Below, piece by piece: positions 18,787 through 28,722 of a DNA stretch of 64,000 bases. Position 1 is the first letter of the stretch; each line of letters starts with the position of its first letter. Source of the DNA: a bacterium (GTDB lineage Bacteria; Patescibacteriota; UBA1384; CAILIB01); the NCBI GenBank assembly GCA_037131105.1, contig JBAXRQ010000001.1:66039-130038 (forward strand), read 5' to 3'. The position numbers were made by a program, and so were the translations under genes. The notes below the pieces were generated by a model, which searched no databases, was not told the DNA's origin, and saw only the letters and a list, made by a program, of their open reading frames with translations.

Positions 18787-19167
18787 CTATACTGTCCAGT
18801 CGGCTCCACCGACTTCCCATCCTACCTTCCCGACATAGTAGTTGCTGATTGCTACCACTGCTCCCCAGGCAAGGGAGGCGATGGCAAGAAGGACCGGTGT
18901 GAGGTTGGCGTATGCCCAGATTACGCAGACGCTGATAGCTACAAAGGCCAGTATCGGTGAAGCGCATTCGAGGGACATGCCGAAAGCTCTTCTGGTGTCC
19001 CATCTCTCACTGTAAAAGCCCTTGCTTACGCTGGTACTCGTGAGTCGTATACCCCAATACTGGGCAGCTAATGAAAGAACCCACATGACTACACAAATGA
19101 TGATCATCAGTCTATCCTTTTGTGCCACAGGAATGTTAAGCGGCAAATAATGTCCGTGGCGGGACAC
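18787..19167 (-). CDS. Hypothetical membrane protein
   Basis: Three hydrophobic segments; co-oriented with neighbours. Confidence 0.5.
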   Translation of the reverse strand: MSRHGHYLPLNIPVAQKDRLMIIICVVMWVLSLAAQYWGIRLTSTSVSKGFYSERWDTRRAFGMSLECASPILAFVAISVCVIWAYANLTPVLLAIASLAWGAVVAISNYYVGKVGWEVGGADWTV

Positions 19168-19199
19168 TCTTCAGGAGGAGTGTATCTGTTCTGCTACTC

Positions 19200-21059
19200 T
19201 TATTCAAGGCCGGGAGTCAGCTGTTTCATACGTTCCTGAAAGCGTTTGTTTTGCTGTGCTTGCTGATATAGGTTTGGAAATCTTTTGAGATGGTCAAGGG
19301 CGAGTATCTGCAGTTCGTCGTCGTCAAACGTTACGCAGCTAAGGGATATCTCGCCAAGGTCATCCTTTCGATACAGGCTGTCAAATACTGCTCTCATGTC
19401 GATGCCTAGTTCAGGGTACTCTTTCTGGAGACTGAAGAGAGTCCCGGTCTTGCTGGAGGTAAATATTCTCTTAGTTGTGTTGGGGATCTCAGCGGCTAAA
19501 TAGGGGATAAGTGTTGGAGGTAGGTTCTGGGTGGTGCCGGTGGTTAGGATGAAGTCAAGAACATTACGGGCAAAGACGGCTTGTTGGGCCTCAACTGTGG
19601 AGTGGCCGCCGGCATCCTTCCGGGAAGCGCTTTCTATTCTTTGTGCGTAGTAGGCCATGATGGCATGGATCGCCTCGGGGTCTGGGTTGCGTCTTAGCTG
19701 GTCTTCGTAGGCTTGAACTATGGGTTCCATGCGAGTCGGGGTATAGTCCAGATCGTACATTTCGCCGGTTTTGAGGTTCTCTTTTGCCCAGGTTGCATCA
19801 ACGACCGTGACTTCGCCGGAGCCGTCCTTTGTGACGGTGAGAAAGCTGTTCCAGGCATGGGATGTGTCGAGGTTTTCCTTTCCGGGCGCATAGTCGTGGC
19901 CGCTGCTGTATATACAGTGGGTGTTGCGAAGCTGGTTGAGCTCTTTCTGGCTTGCCTTTAGTGCGTTGAAGACATCCAGTACGGCTGCGGCAAAGTTTCG
20001 ACAGACCCCGTTTCCTTTCCAATCAGGATCGCTACGATTGATTAGTCCTTCCTCCAATAGCTCGATGGTGGAGCTGGTGTCGGCGGACGTAGGGGCATAC
20101 CGTTCTGTTATCTCCCCTTTCTCATCTCTCTTCACCCGCTCTGATTTATAGTCGGCGTAGTATTTTCTGAGCTTGACTATCAGAGAGGTCGATAGCTCGG
20201 CCGCTTGCCGGGGGCTCAACTCGCGCAGGTTGGTGATCCCGATCTGGCGGGCAAGTTCGGGCTCTTCCTGGAGCAAATAGCCTTGCACAAAGCGGTAGAG
20301 CTCTCGTTCCCACCCCTCTCGTTTCATGGTCTCACTGTGGGTGGCCACTCTCGTAAGCTCACGCTCGTACTCGCCTCTTACACCCCCGATCTGGGAGTGA
20401 GCGTAAGCGTTATCAGAGGTGTAAAACTTATCCCCGAGCTCCTTGCTGATGGGGTATTCCTGGTCAGTAGGCGAAGGCTGAGGGTCGTAGCCGTTGAAAT
20501 CCACGAACGAGACGGTAGTGTTTGGGTCGGGCTTGAAGCGGAGCAGGGGGCTGTGACTGAGCTGTTCCTCGTAGTGGGCCCGTTGGTCGATGTAGCAGTG
20601 TCTGGCTTCTTCCCAGGTCGCACAACGTGAGCTCCCGATGACCAGTTCACCACTTTCCAGGTCAACTAGCTGGGGGTAGACTACGGCATACGTTCCATCC
20701 GGCTTTTTCTCAATGCTGCAGTTCACCGTATAGGTCGCGGCCAGCTCTTTCTGGTCGTAATATTCGCGCATGAGGGTTCGTTTCTGCATCCAGTCACCTG
20801 CTCCTTTCTGGATGTCGGCTTGTGCCTGCATGTCGATCTGAGAGTCAGCTGCGGCACGCTCGGCACTTTCGCGGTCAAAAAACCCTTCGGTGGCGGTACC
20901 GATTATTCTTCCGTTGAAATCGGTGAGCCCTGGGAGAATTGCCTCGAAGGCGCCGCTTGCAGTCTCTCGCACTTCATACAATGCGGAAAGACCCCGCTGT
21001 TCCGGCCTAGGTGTCTCGGCGTCTTTAACCGGTGGTGCTTCGTGCTCGTAACTCATCAC
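19200..21059 (-). CDS. Large protein with transglutaminase-like (Cys-His-Asp) domain
   Basis: GVCRNFA...HAWN...VVDATW. Confidence 0.7.
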   Translation of the reverse strand: MMSYEHEAPPVKDAETPRPEQRGLSALYEVRETASGAFEAILPGLTDFNGRIIGTATEGFFDRESAERAAADSQIDMQAQADIQKGAGDWMQKRTLMREYYDQKELAATYTVNCSIEKKPDGTYAVVYPQLVDLESGELVIGSSRCATWEEARHCYIDQRAHYEEQLSHSPLLRFKPDPNTTVSFVDFNGYDPQPSPTDQEYPISKELGDKFYTSDNAYAHSQIGGVRGEYERELTRVATHSETMKREGWERELYRFVQGYLLQEEPELARQIGITNLRELSPRQAAELSTSLIVKLRKYYADYKSERVKRDEKGEITERYAPTSADTSSTIELLEEGLINRSDPDWKGNGVCRNFAAAVLDVFNALKASQKELNQLRNTHCIYSSGHDYAPGKENLDTSHAWNSFLTVTKDGSGEVTVVDATWAKENLKTGEMYDLDYTPTRMEPIVQAYEDQLRRNPDPEAIHAIMAYYAQRIESASRKDAGGHSTVEAQQAVFARNVLDFILTTGTTQNLPPTLIPYLAAEIPNTTKRIFTSSKTGTLFSLQKEYPELGIDMRAVFDSLYRKDDLGEISLSCVTFDDDELQILALDHLKRFPNLYQQAQQNKRFQERMKQLTPGLE

Positions 21060-21125
21060 TTTTTATAGTAGAAAATAGAGCCTCATAGTTGTTCCTGGCG
21101 GTGCCATTGGCTTACACTAGTATAT

Positions 21126-21752
21126 ATGAAATACCAGGTGCCTGCACTCTACAAGCGCATAGATGCCTTTGCCAAGACCCCGGCCAATGCCCTGGTCGCC
21201 TTTCTATGGGGGGTATGCGAGGGGATATTCTTCTTTATAGTACCGGATGTCTACTGCGCCTATATCACGCTTTTCAACCGAAGAGCCGGCTGGACCGCTA
21301 TAGGCTTTTCAATCCTGGGTACCCTTCTGGCCTCGGTGGTCATGTATGCAGTCGTAGTGCTGGCGGGCAACGGGATCATTACCTACCTTCTGCACGTGCC
21401 TGAGATTAGCCGCCCCATGCTGGATACTGTTTCGAATACGCTAGCGGCTGGGGGCCTGGCGGGGCTGGGGAAGCTGCACATCTCCCGGCTGATACTGGGG
21501 GCCATTCCCAGTAAGGTGTATTCGAGCTTGGCGGCGCTTGCCGGAATACCCCTGTGGGCCTTTCTGCTCTGGACCATTCCTATGCGTATTCTGAGGCTTT
21601 CTTGGGCCATGCTGCTTTCCACCTGGCTGAATGGCAGATATAGCGCTAGTATTAAGGCGCATACCAAATCCTGGACCGTGGGGTATGTCATATTCTGGAC
21701 CGTGTTGCACGCATCATACTATGTAGTCGTCGCCCTTAGCTTTCACCAGTAA
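21126..21752 (+). CDS. YqaA/DedA(VTT)-like membrane protein
   Basis: CEGIFFFIVPD, GAIPSKVY, MRILR motifs. Confidence 0.7.
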   Translation: MKYQVPALYKRIDAFAKTPANALVAFLWGVCEGIFFFIVPDVYCAYITLFNRRAGWTAIGFSILGTLLASVVMYAVVVLAGNGIITYLLHVPEISRPMLDTVSNTLAAGGLAGLGKLHISRLILGAIPSKVYSSLAALAGIPLWAFLLWTIPMRILRLSWAMLLSTWLNGRYSASIKAHTKSWTVGYVIFWTVLHASYYVVVALSFHQ

Positions 21753-21763
21753 CTGAAATTATC

Positions 21764-22363
21764 ATGGGTATCTACTCGGTAAAGCCAAAGTTTCAGAAGA
21801 TTCTTACCCCGGTGAAAGACCTGCTGGTGAGGGGAAAGGTGCATCCGACCACCATCAATATCATCGGGCTGGCGATCTCGCTCCTGGCGGGCATAGCGCT
21901 TTATTACTCAGGACAGTATGCCCTGCTGCTCTGGTACATCCCGGTGGCCGGCTTTGTGCGTACTGCCTGTAACGCCTTGGATGGCCTGGTTTCAAGAGAG
22001 CTGGGGGAGGCCTCGGCCTTTGGGGAGGTGCTCAATGAGTTCATTGACCGCATATCCGACTCGGCTATCTTTCTCGGCGTCACGTTCTCGGCATTAGCTG
22101 ATATGCGACTGGGGATAGTTACTCTGGTAGTTATCCTGCTGAACAGCTATCTCAGCATCGTCAGCAAGGCAGCTGGCGGTAGTAGGCAGTACGGAGGCAT
22201 CATGGGTAAGGCCGATAGGATGATCTACCTCGGTATCGCTGCGGTGGCTGTAGCTGTGAGCGGTTATACGGAGATCTGGAATTATTTCCTTGTCTTTATT
22301 CTAGCCGGCACTATGATTACCATGTACCAGCGCTTCATGGTCACCCGCAAGGAGCTTGCCTAG
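21764..22363 (+). CDS. CDP-alcohol phosphatidyltransferase (YnbA-like)
   Basis: IYSVKPKFQ, HPTTI, NALDGLVSR...GEVLNEFIDRISD, GIMGKADR. Confidence 0.9.
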   Translation: MGIYSVKPKFQKILTPVKDLLVRGKVHPTTINIIGLAISLLAGIALYYSGQYALLLWYIPVAGFVRTACNALDGLVSRELGEASAFGEVLNEFIDRISDSAIFLGVTFSALADMRLGIVTLVVILLNSYLSIVSKAAGGSRQYGGIMGKADRMIYLGIAAVAVAVSGYTEIWNYFLVFILAGTMITMYQRFMVTRKELA

Positions 22364-23315
22364 TATGGAGGGCCTCTTTGCGAATCCGCTGGCAAATCCC
22401 ATTTTCATCCCCCTGATGACCAGGATGTTGGTGCTCTTTTCGGCCGGCTTCCTGATCCTGTTGGCACTGAAGAAGGGTAATTATGCTGCCCTGATGGGCT
22501 CGAACCTCGGCCAGCGTTACGTTGGCTGGCTCATTCTTTTTCCGATCTACGTGGTAGGCACCTTTTTCGGTGCTCTTTTTGGTCATATCGTACTCTTTGC
22601 TTTTATGTACCTGGCCTTGGCCGAGATAGTCAGGGTCTCGGGACTTTCGCGGGCGTACCACGTCGCCTTGGTGGTTCTCTCGATCTATAGCCTGTTCATC
22701 GCTGCCTTGCATCCTGAGTATTTCTTCTCCCTCCCCTTGGTGTACTTCATTGTCCTCACCCTGGTCGCTATCCGGTCCAATGACGCTGAAAAGGGTCTGC
22801 AGCAGGCGGCCGTCTCCCTATTCGTGGCCATCTGGATTATCTTCAGCATGAGTCATATCGACCTACTGGCCCACCTGAACAACCATCTTGATCAGACCAG
22901 TAGCTTGGTCTTCCTGGTGATCTTCGCGGTGGCCCTGGCCGATATCGGAGGATATATCTTCGGCAAGACGTTTGAGAAGCTGCATTTCTTTGATGCCTAC
23001 AAAATCGCTCCCAACCTTAGTCCAAATAAGACGTATGCGGGGACGCTGGGCTATATGATTGGCGCCGGCATCGGTATCGCCTTCCTCTACTTCGCGGTGG
23101 GAGGGTACCTGGCCCCTCCGCTCTGGGTTGTTGTAGCTGTTCTGATTGGCTTGTTCGCTCCGGTCGGGGGGATGACTCACTCGCTTTTCAAACGTTTTTA
23201 CGGTGTGAAGGACAGCGGTAGCCTGATTCCCGGACACGGCGGTATCCTGGACCGGGTAGACAGCATGGTCCGCGTAGTGGTCATCCTCTATTATTTCTTC
23301 CGACTATTCCTCTAG
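22356..23315 (+). CDS. Phosphatidate cytidylyltransferase family (CdsA/YnbB-like)
   Basis: SPNKTYAG, KDSGSLIPGHGGILDRVDS. Confidence 0.9.
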   Translation: MPSMEGLFANPLANPIFIPLMTRMLVLFSAGFLILLALKKGNYAALMGSNLGQRYVGWLILFPIYVVGTFFGALFGHIVLFAFMYLALAEIVRVSGLSRAYHVALVVLSIYSLFIAALHPEYFFSLPLVYFIVLTLVAIRSNDAEKGLQQAAVSLFVAIWIIFSMSHIDLLAHLNNHLDQTSSLVFLVIFAVALADIGGYIFGKTFEKLHFFDAYKIAPNLSPNKTYAGTLGYMIGAGIGIAFLYFAVGGYLAPPLWVVVAVLIGLFAPVGGMTHSLFKRFYGVKDSGSLIPGHGGILDRVDSMVRVVVILYYFFRLFL

Positions 23316-23642
23316 GAGGGTCACGGTGGCGATAGCATAGTCGCAGTCATGGGAGATGCTGCAGTCTAGTGAGAGAATGGTTTTTTGGTGGGCTTCGGGG
23401 GATATCTTAAGGGACGGTTTGCCGTTTTCAGCATAGATGACCTCGATATCCAGCCAGCTGCCAGCTTTGAGCCCGAACGCCTTGAGAGCGGCCTCCTTCA
23501 GGGCGAAGACTCCTGCCGCATGCAGGGGATCGCGGCGGCGCAGCTCCCCGGGATGAAATATGCGGAAACTCGAGGCTTCGCTTTCTATAAGGGGAAGGAC
23601 ACGATCTATCTTCACGATGTCGCAGCCGGTAGAAATAGTCAT
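23304..23642 (-). CDS. acpS: Holo-ACP synthase (4'-phosphopantetheinyl transferase)
   Basis: GCDIV, FALKEAALKA, GKP, SISHD; ATGA overlap with the upstream gene fixes the start at 23642. Confidence 0.88.
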   Translation of the reverse strand: MTISTGCDIVKIDRVLPLIESEASSFRIFHPGELRRRDPLHAAGVFALKEAALKAFGLKAGSWLDIEVIYAENGKPSLKISPEAHQKTILSLDCSISHDCDYAIATVTLLEE

Positions 23643-26101
23643 AACTCTTCCACCATCTTCTGGATCGCTTCGGTCGCTTGGATATAGGAAAGGGTTCTGG
23701 AAAGCGTGACCGGGGACCCGATTGTGACCGTAGTAGTTCCTTTTTTTGGCCAATGAGAGCCTTTAGGGAGAAGGTTCTGGTTTCCCTGCATCTTAATAGG
23801 AACGATAGGGCCCCCGAGTTCCAGGGCGGCCAGTCCTATACCATGTTTGAAGGCGCCGAGTCTGCCAGTAGTGCTGCGGGTTCCCTCAGGATAGATCAGT
23901 ACCGAGTAGCCGCGGTCCAGGAAGGCTCCCATGGCGGCAATGCTGCTGCCGGCATTTCCGTCCCGGTCGACGGGGAAGGCATTGAAGAGTAGTCGGGCCC
24001 AGAACGAGCGGATCCTGGTTTTGAAGAAGTAATCCTTGGCAGCGGCGGTAGCTAGATGGTCACTGATGCCAAAAGGCAGGGACCGCAGAACGGTAGGGGT
24101 GTCGAAATGACTGGTATGGTTGGCGACGAAGATAGACGGTTGCTGAGGCATTTCGCCCACCAGTCTGACCTGAAGCCGCTGGTAATACCAGACAAAGACC
24201 ACAATGGGAACGCGAAGGATGACGCGGATAAAGCCTATTCCCCATGAGAGTGGCCAAAGGACTATGGGCTGTCCGCTTAGTTCAGCGGCCTTTCCGACCT
24301 TGACCAAGTTTGCCAGTTGACCGACGCTGGTGGTCTGGTCGAGCTCATCCTCGCTCAATACGGTCCCTAGATCTTCTTCAATCTGGGAAAGAAGCTCTAG
24401 CCGTTTGATTGAATCAAGACCAAGGTCAGCCACTAACAATTGGGAATCCGCCAAGGTGTCAGGCGCTACCGAGCAGACGCGGGAAAGAATAAGAAAAAGG
24501 GCTGAGACATCCTTGCCAGTGTCACTGTGGGCTAGCGTCTTGTCGTCATGCGACTGCTCTAGCCGCTTCCTTATCTCCTCCCTACGGACTTTGCGGGTGG
24601 TGGTGCGGGGAAAGTCCTCATCAGGCCAAGGGATTATCTCGCGTAGGGTCTGGTGCGAAGCCAGGCGTCCGTTTAGGGTGACTGCCATCTCTTTCAGGTC
24701 GGGCTGTCCGACGGAAATGACCGTGGCTACCAGTTGAATCTCGCCGTGGCGCTCTATACCGGTTACCACGCTGTCACGCACCGTAGAGAGTCCGTTTAAG
24801 AGCTTTTCGATGTCTTCCGGGTGCACCTTCATTCCCGAACTAGTAATGATCATGGTCTTGATGCGGCCTTTCAGTCGCAGGTAGCCATCAGAGCCAAGCT
24901 CGCCAATATCGCCGGTTTTGAACCAGCCTTCCGGGGTAAGGGTCGCTGCGGTAGCCTCGGGGTTCTGCCAATAGCCCTTAAAGATGTGCGACCCCTTGAG
25001 CTGGATCTCGCCGCCTTCGGCAAGGGTCAGCTCTTGTTCGGGAAGTGGTCTGCCGACGGTCCCGGCCTGATAGAAGAGCAGGCTACTTGAGGTGACGGCG
25101 GGACTGCTTTCGGTCATCCCGTAGCCTTGCAGAACGTGGATGCCTAGCCTTTCCCAAAAGTCTTCGACTTCGGTGGGAAGGGGGGCGCCGGCTACAGTAA
25201 AGAAGATAAGTCTGCCGCCGAGGCTTCGGTGGATGCCATGGAAGAGTCGTCGTCGAAAGGACCGGGGAAGGCGGCCGGCCAGGTGTAATGCTCGCTCGAG
25301 CTGCTTGCTGCGGCCTTGTTCGCTAGCCTCCTGGACGATGCGATGCTGCATAAGCTCAAGAAATGCCGGCACGGTCACCATGGTGGTAGGCCGTTCCAGT
25401 CTGAGGCTGCGGCGAATCTCCACTGGCCTAACCGATATCGGATAGATCACTGGGCTGCCGCAGGCAAAGGGTACGAACAGGCCGAGAGTCTGCTCGAACA
25501 TATGGCTGAGAGGTAGGGTGGAAAGGAGCCTGTAGTCGTTGCCAATCTCCCAGGCCTGTCTGAGTGAGGTTATGTCGGAAAGGATATTGCCATGGCTGAG
25601 CATCACTCCTTTGGGCGTCCCAGTGCTGCCTGAAGTGTAAACAATCTCGAGTAGATCATCGGGCTCGGTGGCTATGGTAGTGGTGTGACGGGGAAGCCCA
25701 CTTATGAGGGAGGGGAGCTCTTCAAGGGGAACGACCATGGCGTTTGTGGGGAAGAAGGACTGTTTGAAGAGTGAGGTGAAACAGAGCTTGGGAGAGGTCT
25801 GCTTTAGAACGCTGTCGATAAAATCGGGCGTGGAGTTTAGATCCAAGGGCACCGCGATGACACCTAGCTTGGCGCAGGCGAGGAAGGCGGCCACCCAGAG
25901 GGGGCTGTTAGTGCCACAGATCACTACTCGGTCTCCCTTGCGGAGGTGGCCGTATTCAAGCAGTGTTGCTATGCGGGCCGATACCTGCAAAATCTGCTCA
26001 TAGCTCCATTCAATGCGGCGATAGCGTCGTCGTTCGATGAAGGCTGTCTGAGATCCGCGTCCAGCCGCCGTATTCTCTAGGTAGTGAAAAAGATTCTCCA
26101 T
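23639..26101 (-). CDS. Trifunctional acyl-AMP ligase / acyl carrier protein / PlsC-type acyltransferase
   Basis: YTSGSTGTPKG, GYGMTE, TGDIG; LGLDSIKRLEL (Ppant Ser); NHTSHFD and YPEGTRS. Confidence 0.92.
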   Translation of the reverse strand: MENLFHYLENTAAGRGSQTAFIERRRYRRIEWSYEQILQVSARIATLLEYGHLRKGDRVVICGTNSPLWVAAFLACAKLGVIAVPLDLNSTPDFIDSVLKQTSPKLCFTSLFKQSFFPTNAMVVPLEELPSLISGLPRHTTTIATEPDDLLEIVYTSGSTGTPKGVMLSHGNILSDITSLRQAWEIGNDYRLLSTLPLSHMFEQTLGLFVPFACGSPVIYPISVRPVEIRRSLRLERPTTMVTVPAFLELMQHRIVQEASEQGRSKQLERALHLAGRLPRSFRRRLFHGIHRSLGGRLIFFTVAGAPLPTEVEDFWERLGIHVLQGYGMTESSPAVTSSSLLFYQAGTVGRPLPEQELTLAEGGEIQLKGSHIFKGYWQNPEATAATLTPEGWFKTGDIGELGSDGYLRLKGRIKTMIITSSGMKVHPEDIEKLLNGLSTVRDSVVTGIERHGEIQLVATVISVGQPDLKEMAVTLNGRLASHQTLREIIPWPDEDFPRTTTRKVRREEIRKRLEQSHDDKTLAHSDTGKDVSALFLILSRVCSVAPDTLADSQLLVADLGLDSIKRLELLSQIEEDLGTVLSEDELDQTTSVGQLANLVKVGKAAELSGQPIVLWPLSWGIGFIRVILRVPIVVFVWYYQRLQVRLVGEMPQQPSIFVANHTSHFDTPTVLRSLPFGISDHLATAAAKDYFFKTRIRSFWARLLFNAFPVDRDGNAGSSIAAMGAFLDRGYSVLIYPEGTRSTTGRLGAFKHGIGLAALELGGPIVPIKMQGNQNLLPKGSHWPKKGTTTVTIGSPVTLSRTLSYIQATEAIQKMVEEL

Positions 26102-26131
26102 AAGCTTAGTGTGCTTTGTGTCCTAATCTCA

Positions 26132-27262
26132 TCACTTGGTATATAAGTAAAAAAAGTCTTTTTCGTAGCCGTGTAGGTAGGCCTTGCCCCCGTCTGTTAG
26201 TCCTTTGACCAGCGGGGACCAGGTGTATCCGCCTCCTGTATAATCATACACCATGAACCTGACCCAGAAATCGTTGATGTCGAGCTGCATGGCATTCTGA
26301 CTACCGGCCAGGCGTAAGGCGTCAGCGAGGGAAGTCGGGGTGAGCGAAGGCCCGACTGCATAGACCAGATCTCCGTCTGCCGTCACCCCTAGTCCAGACC
26401 TCCAAGTGACATAGCCTCCGGCCGCCGTGCCGGCCCAGAGGTCTATGCCGTGGGAGGTATTCTGGGCAGTCTTACCGTTAATGACCAAGAGGGGGCCGTT
26501 CTGGCGGGCGGCAATGACGTCAGAAGGTAGAGGAGTGCCTTCATAGGTAGTCAACTCGGTATGACCGTCGGCATATATGAGAAAGATGCTCAGGCCCTTC
26601 CGGAAGGGAACGTAGGTAGTGCCATCGGCGTACATGCCGTAGTGCCCGTCCTTCCCCTGGAATCCTCCGTTAAAGGCGGCGATGAGTCGGCCGCTATCTT
26701 GTATTGCCTGGGGGACCTTGCCCGGACCGGGTGCTCCGCCGGGGTACTTGGTGCCGGCCACCTCGTTGATACCTACCAGCTTCGAGGGGATCTCAACCAG
26801 ATTGACCACCGCAAACGGCCGCTCCTGATCGGTACGGATAAAGGTGGTAAACAACGGCGTCCCGGCAATGCCGCGCCAGACCCCTTCCCCGGCCAGCGGA
26901 TGGGTGATGTCAATAATGGGCGTGATAGGTGTCGGGGGTGGATTCGGGTCGGGAGTAGAGGCGGCCAGTGGCTCAGTAGTGGGGACCGGAACGGTCTTCA
27001 CGTCTACGGCATAAGCGGTAGTATCAGGGAGGTGGCCTAAGTGACGCTTGATCCTGTCCTGTAGTCCAAAGACGGCCCCCTCAAGGGAAATTACCGCCTT
27101 GTCACCGATGAGGGGTCGCAGAACGTTATCGGTGAAGGTGGCCGCTCCGGCCGGATTTTTGGAGAGATACAGCAGTCCGCCGCCCGAGACCATAATAAAA
27201 AAGACCAGGATGCCGCCGGTGGTATAAGCGGTAAGCCGCCAGGTGCGGGGAGATATGCGCAT
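26132..27262 (-). CDS. Membrane-anchored phosphodiester glycosidase (NAGPA-like) family protein
   Basis: AAFNGGF, QNGPLLV, WRSGLG, AMQLDIN; N-terminal TM. Confidence 0.8.
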   Translation of the reverse strand: MRISPRTWRLTAYTTGGILVFFIMVSGGGLLYLSKNPAGAATFTDNVLRPLIGDKAVISLEGAVFGLQDRIKRHLGHLPDTTAYAVDVKTVPVPTTEPLAASTPDPNPPPTPITPIIDITHPLAGEGVWRGIAGTPLFTTFIRTDQERPFAVVNLVEIPSKLVGINEVAGTKYPGGAPGPGKVPQAIQDSGRLIAAFNGGFQGKDGHYGMYADGTTYVPFRKGLSIFLIYADGHTELTTYEGTPLPSDVIAARQNGPLLVINGKTAQNTSHGIDLWAGTAAGGYVTWRSGLGVTADGDLVYAVGPSLTPTSLADALRLAGSQNAMQLDINDFWVRFMVYDYTGGGYTWSPLVKGLTDGGKAYLHGYEKDFFYLYTK

Positions 27263-27300
27263 GACCAAACTATACAGGTTTGGTCACCGGCTTGTATACT
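27262..27300. promoter_or_regulatory. Back-to-back leaderless promoters with 9-bp inverted repeat
   Basis: TATAGT (-) and TATACT (+), each 6 nt from its ATG; tgaccaaac/gtttggtca flank the minus-strand -10. Confidence 0.55.
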
Positions 27301-27306
27301 TGGGGC

Positions 27307-28233
27307 ATGTCAAAACCCAGAAAAAAGCGGATACGCTGGATACGGGTCTTTACCCTACTGTGTGTAGTGGTTTTGGTGGCGGGCGCCGGGACGTATTGGT
27401 ACGGGAGAAAGGGCGGGGAGCCCGTCGTGGTGTTGGCGACTCCGACTCCGACTGCCCTTGTGACAGCTGATGCTGTGGCCACACCTTCGTCCACTCCGAC
27501 GCTTGCAGCTTCAGCTACTCCGTTTGCGGTCCAAATTTCTGTGGTCAAGATCGCATTGCAAAAAGCGATCTCCGCCCATCCTGAGCTTATAGTTGGCGCC
27601 AGTTTTATTGACCTGAATACCGGCACCCGTACCGATGTGAACGGCGACCGGGTCTTCACGGCGGCCAGTACCACTAAAGCCCTCATCGCCTGCCTGGTGC
27701 TTTCCCAGGTGGAGGCGGGGAAACATAGTCTGAGTGATCCGCTGGATGGGGGCACGGTGAAGTCACATCTGCAGCGTATGATAAACCAGAGCAACAATGA
27801 CTCCTGGATGGATTTGATGCAGTTCATTGGCTACTCCTACCAGATTCCCTACGCCAAGAGTATCGGCATTACTACCTATGACTTTCAGAATAACCGGATC
27901 TCGCCCAATGACGACGCCCTCCTGCTTTCGAAGTTGTATGCCGGCAAGCTGCTAAACCAGGCCGATACGGCCTTGTTGCTTTCCTATATGCATGACACCA
28001 ACTTCGACTATCTGATCCCGCCGGCCGTGCCAAAGGGGGTGAAGGTGTTTCACAAGTACGGGGACTATGAGGACGGGCTCCATGATACGGCTATCATCGA
28101 CGACGGGAAGAATCCCTTCGTACTTACGATCTATACCAACAGCACCAGCGGCGGCCTGGGGTATGAGGTCCGCTACCCGGCCTTTCAAGAGATTACCAAG
28201 GCGGTGGAGGAGGCGATGAATGTGCAGCTTTAG
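27307..28233 (+). CDS. Class A beta-lactamase-related serine hydrolase, membrane anchored
   Basis: AASTTK (SxxK), SNN, HKYG, HDTAI; N-terminal TM and Thr/Pro linker. Confidence 0.88.
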   Translation: MSKPRKKRIRWIRVFTLLCVVVLVAGAGTYWYGRKGGEPVVVLATPTPTALVTADAVATPSSTPTLAASATPFAVQISVVKIALQKAISAHPELIVGASFIDLNTGTRTDVNGDRVFTAASTTKALIACLVLSQVEAGKHSLSDPLDGGTVKSHLQRMINQSNNDSWMDLMQFIGYSYQIPYAKSIGITTYDFQNNRISPNDDALLLSKLYAGKLLNQADTALLLSYMHDTNFDYLIPPAVPKGVKVFHKYGDYEDGLHDTAIIDDGKNPFVLTIYTNSTSGGLGYEVRYPAFQEITKAVEEAMNVQL

Positions 28234-28303
28234 CTCAGCGCTCATGGTCGCCTAGGAACACAATGTGCTGTGCTTCTAGGCAAGATGGGGGCTGCGATGA
28301 AGG

Positions 28304-28570
28304 CTATAATGTGCCATCTGGTCGTTCCTTTGCTACCGGTACCTTGAATCCGGTGATCCTATCGTTCTCAACTCTGACTTCGGCGCCGCAGACATTGCAC
28401 CACAGCGTAACGGTACCCCTGCTGAGATCATCTGCGATCTCGATAGGGAGCGGTAGCTCGGTTTTCTTTGCCTGACACTCTGGATTAGGGCAGAGCACCA
28501 CCGACTTGTCGCCAATGTAGCTCCACATATCCTGTGGCGCTTCCGTATCTACTTCCGACATGGTCATCAC
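28304..28570 (-). CDS. Small zinc-ribbon protein
   Basis: CPNPEC...CNVCG; AGGAGG RBS. Confidence 0.7.
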   Translation of the reverse strand: MMTMSEVDTEAPQDMWSYIGDKSVVLCPNPECQAKKTELPLPIEIADDLSRGTVTLWCNVCGAEVRVENDRITGFKVPVAKERPDGTL

Positions 28571-28722
28571 CTCCTTTGCGTATCCGCCTTTACCATATGG
28601 GAAAGACGGGAAATGTCAATGACAACGAGGTAGTTGGCGGATGGTTGACGTCTGCGGGGTAATTCTATAGGGTGTGGGGTACCGCGACAGTATGCGGAAA
28701 TGCGAGAGAAGGGGGCGGGGTA

